A stretch of 64,000 nt of DNA, taken from contig JALAGF010005473.1 of assembly GCA_030167865.1 (NCBI GenBank), positions 1 to 64,000 on the forward strand, read 5' to 3'. Origin of the DNA: Craspedostauros australis. Its lineage: Eukaryota. A program made the translations under genes and the position numbers. The notes under the pieces were generated by a model. It ran no database searches and was not told the origin of the DNA. It saw nothing but the letters and a program-made list of their open reading frames with translations. Of this stretch, positions 55,298 to 64,000 are shown one piece after another (position 1 is the stretch's first letter; every line of letters begins with the position of its first letter).

Positions 55298-56947
55298 ATG
55301 GTCCCAAGCGATGGCAGTCGGAGAAAGGACAGCAAGCACGTGAAAAGGAATACGCTCGTGAATGCGACGCGGGTCTTGTTGGTGGTAGCCTGCGTGACGG
55401 TCTGCTTCAAGAACATCTCCATCGTCCATCGCATGAAGTTGGACCGCATGGAGGAACACAGGGCATCTGGATTATCACAAAAGCTCATCCTGTCACATCC
55501 AAGTCCGAACAGAAGGTTATCGGCAAACGAATTCGGGCTGTCGAACCAACATGACACCACTGTGAACACCAAGGATACTGTCATGCCATTGCGCACGAAG
55601 CAAACACGCGCGACGGCAAGGCAACAGGACGACTTAGTGGTGGATCATGAGGAAGCAATGAGTGCGAATGGCATTGTCAACATCAATGGTGATGCAAGTA
55701 CCGAAACCGACACCGACGCCAACATCAGCGCCAGTCCAACAAGCGACTTGGAGGTCACACAGGAGCAGCAAGCGGAACAACCGTGGCGCAATGACAACAA
55801 CATCGTGCATGTAATTTACACTCGATTCATGCAGCATCAACCAAGTTTACTGGCGCTGGGGCATGCTCGATTGAAGCTCTTCGAAACGTTCTGCTTTCCA
55901 ACCATTCAGAAGCAAAGCAATCAGCAATTCCTGTGGTTCATTCGCATCGACCCCGAGTTGCATCCCACGCTCCTGCGAGCTCTTTTGGATTTCATAGCCC
56001 AACATGATCAACACAAGAACGTGGTCGTCATCGGTTCCAATCAGATTCGAAAAGGGTCCGTCGATGGTGGATTTCGCGCGGCTGATGCAATTTCGGACAT
56101 CACATCGCAGAGTTTGCGGTATGGGAGCCTGGAGCTCGTCCGAAACTACCATGCCGCAGCACGCAATCGCACCGTCATGGAAGTCAATTTGGATGCCGAT
56201 GATGGATTGGCACCGACATACATCGAGCGTACAGAACAGAACACTGTTCAAGTGCTGTCGTCGCAACCCGACAATGGCAACTCCGCATGGTTCCAATGGT
56301 GCATCGAAGATCACATCGAGTGGCAGTACTACGCGCAATGGAATTTAACCACGGACCGTGGTTCTCTACGCCCAGGCGCTTCGCACCTTTGCATCACACC
56401 CGGCATGACCTGGGTGACACAACCGGACGCCCAGCCCGACTTTGTGGCGTCGCATCATTTGATTAAGATGAAAACGCAGGAATGTCAAGGATCCTCGTAT
56501 CAAAACTGTTGGATGCACGTTCCCACCCAACAACCCAAGGTCGACTACGATCAGGCGATCGATCAGAATGCGGAGTTCTTGGCCATCCGCGCCCGCACAC
56601 CAACCAGCACCGGAATGAATCGTGTTGTGATGCAGGATGAAGGTGGCGGCACGAGTAACATGACGCAGGTGGATTTGTTTGACATCGAGATGGATCAACA
56701 TTTGTGGAGAGACGAATTGCCAACGCTGCTGCTACCCAACGATGTTCGATCAGCACGGCGATACTTGAAGGAGCATTTAGATGCCATCGTGGAGGAGAAC
56801 TTACGTGGACAATGCACGGACGATCATTCTTGCAGCGATGGGATCAAGAACAAGCTGCTGAGGCACCTTGGGATGGCAACCATCCCTCCCGTGAAACCCA
56901 GGCGGCGGCGCAGACGACAAAGGAACATGAACTCTGTGCAACAATAG
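55298..56947 (+). CDS. Putative rhamnosyltransferase-like type-II membrane glycosyltransferase
   Basis: TM helix, then VIYTRF...ARLKLFETFCFPTIQKQSNQQFLWFIRID...NLDADDGL. Confidence 0.75.
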   Translation: MVPSDGSRRKDSKHVKRNTLVNATRVLLVVACVTVCFKNISIVHRMKLDRMEEHRASGLSQKLILSHPSPNRRLSANEFGLSNQHDTTVNTKDTVMPLRTKQTRATARQQDDLVVDHEEAMSANGIVNINGDASTETDTDANISASPTSDLEVTQEQQAEQPWRNDNNIVHVIYTRFMQHQPSLLALGHARLKLFETFCFPTIQKQSNQQFLWFIRIDPELHPTLLRALLDFIAQHDQHKNVVVIGSNQIRKGSVDGGFRAADAISDITSQSLRYGSLELVRNYHAAARNRTVMEVNLDADDGLAPTYIERTEQNTVQVLSSQPDNGNSAWFQWCIEDHIEWQYYAQWNLTTDRGSLRPGASHLCITPGMTWVTQPDAQPDFVASHHLIKMKTQECQGSSYQNCWMHVPTQQPKVDYDQAIDQNAEFLAIRARTPTSTGMNRVVMQDEGGGTSNMTQVDLFDIEMDQHLWRDELPTLLLPNDVRSARRYLKEHLDAIVEENLRGQCTDDHSCSDGIKNKLLRHLGMATIPPVKPRRRRRRQRNMNSVQQ

Positions 56948-57343
56948 GAATCTACTCGTACAATAGCACGATACACTCCCATACTGCCCACATACCAGCG
57001 ATTGGAAGTACTCCGGTTCGGAATGACTTTCCTTCGCGTCGACTCGGACGTGCAGTACGATCTACACATGCGACATGTGCAATGTGCTGTTGCGGTTTGG
57101 TGGAGCATCGATATGCTCCGAACAATACGTTGTTGGAACCGTATCTGCCCAAGCTACAGAAATGTACTAACACGTATTATGAGAGAATCAATATTATGAC
57201 TGTTGGTGCCGTGATGCTTTCATCAGCAGTGTCGGAGTAGTTACTTTGCGCGTATCAGTCCCATGCGCCTGCAAACCTCTGCAAACCTGTCCATGCCTAC
57301 CAGTACGATCAGACGTACACACGCATCGCCGATGCCACTGTTC

Positions 57344-59143
57344 CTATCTCGTCTTCGGCAACTTTCCCAAGGTTTCATTTTTCAGGAAATGCTTCTGGTA
57401 CCGCACCAGAATCTGTTCCTCAATCTTGGCATGGTCCTTGTCAGAGTCTTCGTGCAAGACGAGGTCTTGGATCCAAAGCGTCGCGCGCTTGGCGATCTGC
57501 TGGGCGTAGAAATCGTTGTCGATGACCCACTGGGTCTTCTCTTCGACATCTGAAAAGTCGTCACGCAGAGGGATGTAATGCACCCACGGTATCAAATTGT
57601 CCTCCATGGCGTAGGTCATCTTGGCTGGCTTGGTCATGAGGACGACGGAGTTGGAAAGCAGCGCCCATTTGAGGCCGGTTGCGACGTCGTTGCCCTCCAC
57701 CATGATGACAGCCTTGAATTGAAGAATATCGCGGACCGACATCTCATTGCCCAACACCTGGACGCCGTTGATGTATTCCTCGATCTTAGAAGTGAGTTTG
57801 GCATCCACCAGGGTGGAGTTGTTGTGCGTGTAGACCAGATGGCAGCGCGGCATGCCGTAGCATACGCAGGCATCATCTTCGAAATGCGGCACGGTGGGTC
57901 CTGTGTACTTGCCGCGGAAGACTGCCTTGGGAATCTTTTTGGACCATGGAATGTCGCTTTTGTGGACGTAACGAAGCGTTCCGTAATGTCGCTCGACGTT
58001 GAGTTTCCAGATGATTGGCTCAAGCTCACGGATGCGTCGAATGGGCCTCGGTCCGGAGTGGCACTTCATGGATGTCTTGCGCATTACTTCGTCCGGCGGC
58101 ATGGAGTAACGGAACTTTTTGATGATTGGGAGATTGGGGTACATGCCGTTGGTGTTCATCGGATAGCGCAGGTCGCCGATGTGCATGATAATGGGTATTT
58201 CCAGATTCCAATTGTTGGACGGGTCATCGTCCTCGCCCAACCGCTTGATTGCTCCCAGGATGCTGTTGACAATGTCGCCGCAGTACTGTGGAAACGCGCC
58301 GGATTCCTTGCATCGCAGGATGTCTTCCGGGAACGCCATGAAGATGCGTTCCAGCCATACATCGGTGTAATGCTGCCGCTGGGAATTCCATTCGTTCCGA
58401 TAGGTGACCACACTCCCGAGTCTTTCGTAGACCGTGCCATCCTTGTTCTTGCTCTTCGTGGGAGGCCCGAGGTCCTTCACTTTTTCGCGTTCTTGTTTGC
58501 TGATATCCGTTGATTCCCGGACGATGTGTCTGAAATGCGTGAAGCGCTCCAGATGATCAGGACACGGTGGGACGTACCAGTCGCTCATGTAGATGCGCAC
58601 GCGTTCGTCGACGGATGGGAACCGGTCCTCTCGTTTCTCCGGGATCACTGGTGGATCGGGCGGTGGCACATCCACGCTGTGAATGTAGATCGTCTTCGTT
58701 TGCGCATCCCCCTGTGATTTCGCAGGTGGAGTGGCAGCCAGCTCGCGCTCCTCTTCCTTCCGCTGTTTGGTGACCATTTCATTTGCCATCGCCTTCGCCA
58801 TTGTGTTTGCCATTGTTTTCGCCATATCCGTTGCCATATCCTTTGCCATGCTCTCTGCCATCTTGCGGGCTTTCTTCTCTGCGATCTTCTCTGCCATTTC
58901 CGCGGCCATTGCCTGAATCTCCGCGGCTGAGCTGGCCTCCGGACCAGGCAGATGTCCTGGGTTGGATGGGACGTTGTGATCATGGTCGTGCATCAGGAAC
59001 GGAAAGATGAACGAGACCTGGATTGCGATGACCGCAAGGATGGCACAGCCGATCATGGCAATCACGATGGTGAACATGCTCTTCTTCCCACCAACGCCAC
59101 CACCAAAGGCCATCGTGTGCGGCAGGCGTCGGTGGTCTGCCAT
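57344..59143 (-). CDS. GT90/CAP10-family glycosyltransferase (type-II membrane)
   Basis: IPWSKKIPKAVFRG...FKAVIMVEGNDVATGLKWALLSNSVVL...LIPWVHYIPL...DFSDV. Confidence 0.88.
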   Translation of the reverse strand: MADHRRLPHTMAFGGGVGGKKSMFTIVIAMIGCAILAVIAIQVSFIFPFLMHDHDHNVPSNPGHLPGPEASSAAEIQAMAAEMAEKIAEKKARKMAESMAKDMATDMAKTMANTMAKAMANEMVTKQRKEEERELAATPPAKSQGDAQTKTIYIHSVDVPPPDPPVIPEKREDRFPSVDERVRIYMSDWYVPPCPDHLERFTHFRHIVRESTDISKQEREKVKDLGPPTKSKNKDGTVYERLGSVVTYRNEWNSQRQHYTDVWLERIFMAFPEDILRCKESGAFPQYCGDIVNSILGAIKRLGEDDDPSNNWNLEIPIIMHIGDLRYPMNTNGMYPNLPIIKKFRYSMPPDEVMRKTSMKCHSGPRPIRRIRELEPIIWKLNVERHYGTLRYVHKSDIPWSKKIPKAVFRGKYTGPTVPHFEDDACVCYGMPRCHLVYTHNNSTLVDAKLTSKIEEYINGVQVLGNEMSVRDILQFKAVIMVEGNDVATGLKWALLSNSVVLMTKPAKMTYAMEDNLIPWVHYIPLRDDFSDVEEKTQWVIDNDFYAQQIAKRATLWIQDLVLHEDSDKDHAKIEEQILVRYQKHFLKNETLGKLPKTR

Positions 59144-59941
59144 GGTTGCCGGTTGCTTGGCTGCCTGGACACTGATGCGCAGGGTGGATCAGGATGGCAC
59201 GAGCAAGGCCCTATCTTTCCTGAATGACCCGAGTCCTTCTCCCTGTGAAAGGCGATGGTGGCGATGACTCGTATTATATGACCTACTCTCCGCGATGCTG
59301 TATCTGCTATGGCGGACAAGGCTGTCTCCAATCTATTGGCATCGCAACAAACCAGGTCGTACCATCCGAGCTGCGAGCATCAATGTCTCTCTCTCTCTCT
59401 CTCTCTTTGTTGCCCTCGTGTGTTGGTGCTCCAACGAAGCTCCTTCCGTTGGTTTTGCTGCTTTTTGGTTTCGGTGCTTCGTGAAACGGTCACAAATCTG
59501 CCCAACTTTTGGGCACGCGAATGACTCGTGACTGAGGCGTTTCAACCTGTTTTACGGGATTGATACCGAACACGTGAATGAGAAGTCGTGGAGGTCTTCC
59601 TCGATGAGACACAACACGTGTTCCCAACAACAACGGCTAAACAAAGTCACACGTCGGAGTGATTACGAACAACCGCTTCGGCGGAGGCGAAAAGGGAAGC
59701 GAAAGGAGAGACAACAAACAGTCCGAATGTCTTCGGCAACATCTCATGGAATAGCACAATACGTACTCGACGCTCCACTACTCCACTACTAGACCGTGCG
59801 CCATACTCCTGATCATTGCGGAGGTGTAAACAATTCCGTCTTTGGCAGTTACAAGCGCACCAAAGCATCTCGTCGATAGAAGCAAGGGAGCCAGTCGATC
59901 AATTACTAACAAGGAACCAAGCTGTTGAGTCTCAGGCGACC

Positions 59942-61187
59942 ATGGCACCATCGGCAAAAGCCAGCAACGGGTCTGGCCGCTTTGTGTTCTGGGTGGCAAT
60001 TGTGGGAGGCTTCCTCCTCGGATCGTCCTCGCGAAAGGGCATACTCGATATCGGAGGATCAATGGCGATGAAGCAGACGAACAGCTACTTCCAGTCCAGC
60101 GCGATGGGCAAGGAAGAAGCGGAAGCGGAAGAAAGCAATAATCCAATCGACACCACCCTCATCATCATCACCTCGCTGATTCCCACGCATCCATCGTTGC
60201 GCATCATCAACCAGACCATCGATTCGCTGCGCTTCCTGCAAGGCCTGCCCAGCAACTCGCCCTTGTTCATCTCCATTGACAAACCGGCGCAGGAAAAGCA
60301 GCCGGGAGATTTCGATAGGTTGCGACAGTACATCGACAATCTCAATCAGACGTACGGCGTTCTCGATCACGTTACACTCATTGAGGCGCCTGGACATGTC
60401 GGAATCTCGGGCAACATCAAGCAGGCCGTCGATCGGGTCCAGACCAAGTACCTCTACATGATTCAGCACGACTTTGCGTTCGCACGAACTATCAACCACA
60501 CAGAGACGATTCAGGTCATGGAGCAGTATCCCAAGGACATGCGCATCGTGCGTTTCAACAAACGTTCCAACTTCGCGGCCGGAGTGGACAAGGGAGATTG
60601 CTTCGGAATGGAGACGCCCGTGGACAACGTCAACGGATTGCATTTCACCAAAACGAAGGGGTGGTCGGATAAGTGAGTGATGATGGCATTTGCAGGTTCG
60701 GGTTCATGTGCGCAATAAATATGATCGTAGCTGTGGCTGTGGCTGTGGCTGTGGATATGACCGCGACGCGACTGCTCAAATTGGATATGTGGCGAATGCA
60801 GCGGCACCTCATTCTGGCACTCACTTGCCACGGCGGGATGATAATGATTGCTGCTTCGCACGGGCAAAGCTTCTTCATAACATCTCACAACAATCATACC
60901 TTCCTCGCCTCGCTCTGGCAATGCTCCCCTGCCACATCCGCACCGATTCCCTCTTTCGCATCTGCAGCAACCATCTCGCAACGAAAGAATATTACGACGA
61001 AGTACTCGGATTGTTCCATGAGTTCTTCAAGGTTCGAGCCAGGCCTGTTCGATACAACATGCCATTGGAGTGGGTGATGATGAATCACGCAGGCTCAAAT
61101 TGCACTTGGTGGGGACCCCATTTATATGGCGCGCGGGGAGAACCACCGACTCTCCGGCATCTCGACGGTCGCAACACACAGCAGTAA
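59942..61187 (+). CDS. Glycosyltransferase-like paralog of 1-1278. Exons 59942-60672 and 60968-61187
   Basis: Same motifs and the same intron position. Spliced sequence reads GWSDNNHLATKEYY...WGPHLYG...HLDGR. Confidence 0.85.
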
Positions 61188-61807
61188 GAGCAATGATAGA
61201 GCTCCATGATATTATATTATAGAATTTGTGCTGTACAATGCGGGATCTCCATGACGCAGTTGTCCTCAGAACTCGTGCTGCGGTCTCGACAGTGCTCGTA
61301 GGCACAACGTCCCCTTCAAGAGAGAGAGAGAGAGTAGTATTACCCGTCAGGCAACCCGCCACGGCCGAAGATCTTGCGATGCTGTCTGTCCGTCAACACC
61401 CGTAGGCAACGACTGTGTCCGATTCGGGATTGGATGTGGTTGCTTTTACGTTCGTCTTGTCGGGCCGATGAAATTTTGCACTGGTTGATGGGCCCGAGAA
61501 GCCACGACAACCACTCAAGAGGGCCGCTACTTGAAACTTCCTGTGCTTCTGCGACTATCCGGGCCATTTGGGTGCAGGGGTAGCTTCATCCACAAATGAA
61601 ATCGCAGCCGCATCGCGTGGAGAGACACCATTCAACGCTGCCATGCTCACGATAAGCTGGTTTTGTTTATGTGTGGAGTAGTCGCACGTGCGGAGTAGCT
61701 CGTAGGTACGGTGGACGCACCACACGAGCGCAAGAACACCATTTCGGGGGAATAGGATCGGCTCGTCCTCCCGGACATGCACCAACGCTTTCGCTGCCTC
61801 CAAGACA

Positions 61808-63496
61808 ATGGCGACAACTGCCAATGTAAGGGGCAGGAAAAGTGCTGCAAAGAAGCAACGCAAAAAGCGACGCAAAAAGCGACGCTCGCGCAAACGGGAA
61901 GGACTCTTGACTGTCCTCCTCTGTACAATCCTGGCGCAGATCGCGATTGCGCTCATATCGTCCAAATCCCATCAGCCAAAATCACAGGATGTATTGCAGG
62001 GGGCGATGAACCATCTCGATCTCAGCGATCTCCATCAAGCGCCAACCGATGAAAGTGGAACAGATGTTGCAAACAACGAGCAGCTGACGAAATCATCACA
62101 GGCCGCCGCAGTACCCACAACGGTGGCGACGACTGCATCATCAATGATCGCTACACCGAAAGCTGATGCAACGCGGGTGGCGACCAAGAGATCGCGTTTC
62201 ATTCTGCACGTTGGACCAGCGAAAACAGCCAGCAGCACTGTGCAGATCGACATCAGACGGCTGTTTTATAAACCAGCGCTGGTGAAAGACGGCTTCTGGT
62301 ACTTCGGTGTGTATTGTTACAACCGGGTGTACGGCAATATGAGTCTCGATGTAATCAGGCAGCTGGAGAACGTGGATTGCATGCACAAGGAGTATCCAGA
62401 ATATTTGAAGCGCAAACGTCAATCGCAACCTCCTCGCACCCAACAAGAAGATTCTTTCAACACATCAGCTGCAGCATCAGTCACAACGTCAGCCACAACG
62501 CTATCATCGACAACATCGCCCGATGTTCCAGAGTGCATCCAAAATGTCAAGACTCTGCTTGATGCCATGAAACACAAGCATGCCTCGTTGATTGTGAGCA
62601 ATGAGGCATTTTCATACACGAGGCTGTACAAACAGAGGGTTGGCATGTACTGCAACCCTGCTTTCCTTGACAGCTGGAAGAACCTGCTGGATGGCTGGGA
62701 CGTGACTGTCGTTGCGACCTACCGCCGCATGTTCGACTGGATGCTCAGTAGCGTGAAGCAATACAGTGCAATGGGAGCCTTCATTCGCGGCAAGAACTTT
62801 GCTATGTGGCCAGATCAGGGCGGGTCAAAGTATCCTTCCTCCTGGCCAACGATCCAGGACTGGCTCAATATCTCGGTCGAATACCCGCTCTGTGGACGTC
62901 AGGGAGCCATCGCAGCCCGCCGGTGGGCGTACTTGGACGGCGCCATCCGGCCCTGGAAGGACAGCGGCTTCCACATCCACACTTTGAACCTGCACGATAA
63001 GCGGCACATCACGCAGCAGCTCATGTGCGATTACGTTGATGCGCCTAGATCGTGCGCTGCCTTGCAGAGGAAGGAGCGAGAGTCAGCAAAGAACATCCAG
63101 AGCATCGCTTTGTACACCTACAGCAATCTCGTGTTCGCCGCGGCGCAAGCTGGATTGATCAGTACCGAAACGCAGGCCAACAAGACGAGGCTTGAGATGA
63201 CGGAAGAATTGATCGAGCATCATCGTGCACTGAACAAGACCTTCGCAGACCTTCCGCTGGACTGTCCGACAGATTCGGAACTCGAGTCTTTCTTGAACCT
63301 CTCCCTTGCGAAGGAGGCGGAGTTGATGCCTGAGTGGTACGCATCGCCGGAAGGTGAGACAGCGCATCGTTCGGCATTCCAGAAGGCCGCATATCAGAAG
63401 CGATCATTCTGCAGCATCGATACCGAGACGGTGCTTGCGGGAGCAGCGTCATGGGATGACGTATTGGGCAGGATGAAGGATGCAATGTGGGCATGA
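61808..63496 (+). CDS. Sulfotransferase-like type-II membrane protein, paralog of 2028-3740
   Basis: Basic tail and TM helix, ILHVGPAKTASSTVQ, ATYRRMFDWMLSS, and a C-terminus nearly colinear with the paralog. Confidence 0.75.
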   Translation: MATTANVRGRKSAAKKQRKKRRKKRRSRKREGLLTVLLCTILAQIAIALISSKSHQPKSQDVLQGAMNHLDLSDLHQAPTDESGTDVANNEQLTKSSQAAAVPTTVATTASSMIATPKADATRVATKRSRFILHVGPAKTASSTVQIDIRRLFYKPALVKDGFWYFGVYCYNRVYGNMSLDVIRQLENVDCMHKEYPEYLKRKRQSQPPRTQQEDSFNTSAAASVTTSATTLSSTTSPDVPECIQNVKTLLDAMKHKHASLIVSNEAFSYTRLYKQRVGMYCNPAFLDSWKNLLDGWDVTVVATYRRMFDWMLSSVKQYSAMGAFIRGKNFAMWPDQGGSKYPSSWPTIQDWLNISVEYPLCGRQGAIAARRWAYLDGAIRPWKDSGFHIHTLNLHDKRHITQQLMCDYVDAPRSCAALQRKERESAKNIQSIALYTYSNLVFAAAQAGLISTETQANKTRLEMTEELIEHHRALNKTFADLPLDCPTDSELESFLNLSLAKEAELMPEWYASPEGETAHRSAFQKAAYQKRSFCSIDTETVLAGAASWDDVLGRMKDAMWA

Positions 63497-64000
63497 AGCA
63501 TGCATGCATCGGTGCTTGTGTAGCTCGTACACATGCAATATCAATCGCAAAGACTAATCGCAGAGTGTTCTGCTCTGCTCTGCAGAGAAAGTAGAGAGTC
63601 GATCAATCAGGAATGTGGAGTATCTGTACCAGCACAGGAGTGTAATATTATATTATATTATTATATAGAATAATACGTACGAGTAAGATTCGCGAATGAG
63701 GCCTCTTCGAGGTTGATTGATGCTGCCTCGTCGCTGGGAATAGGCCGCACGAAGACGGCCCCTTGACGCACAAGCGAAGGCACAACACATGGGATGTGAT
63801 GGGTAGAAATCCGCCTTCTTTGCGCGCTTTTGATGCTAAGGGTTGGCAGCGCGCCTGTTGCTCTCCTCCCTTGAATTCGGAAAATGGATGTCCAGAGATG
63901 TCATTGGCGGAGATGACAGTACAGTAGTCGATTGAGTCGGTAACGTAGCTTGGATTCCTCCGAAACTGGGAAGAAATGGCGCGGCGCGAGGTCTGACATG

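Overview
This is eukaryotic DNA, most likely from a diatom. The evidence is short GT-AG introns, bipartite plastid-targeting N-termini, diatom-type protein families and a CoDi-like copia element; the assignment is an inference. Layout: (i) 1-3.7 kb holds a glycosyltransferase-like gene and a sulfotransferase-like gene, and both have paralogs on the opposite strand at 59.9-63.5 kb. (ii) About 4-20 kb is a decaying, duplication-rich zone with three paralogous ankyrin(-BTB) loci. Their 102-bp repeats have a near-invariant framework and hypervariable surface positions, and in all three the ankyrin ORF is intact but cut off from BTB by a different lesion. Several pseudogene-like frames lie here too. 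(iii) 21-26 kb holds an RVxF-containing 841-aa gene and a copine. (iv) 26,348-32,417 is an intact, very young Ty1/copia retrotransposon with identical 134-bp LTRs, a GTGTC TSD and a half-tRNA-type PBS. Gag and pol are joined by a predicted -1 frameshift (G_GAU_UUU plus a hairpin), and there is a PDZ-like insert between integrase and RT. (v) 34-50.6 kb holds housekeeping and plastid genes (2OG-Fe oxygenase, RsmB-like, Obg, PSMD9/Nas2). (vi) 51-63.5 kb is a run of five consecutive type-II membrane glycan-modifying enzyme genes. All calls come from reading the sequence by eye; no database searches were run.
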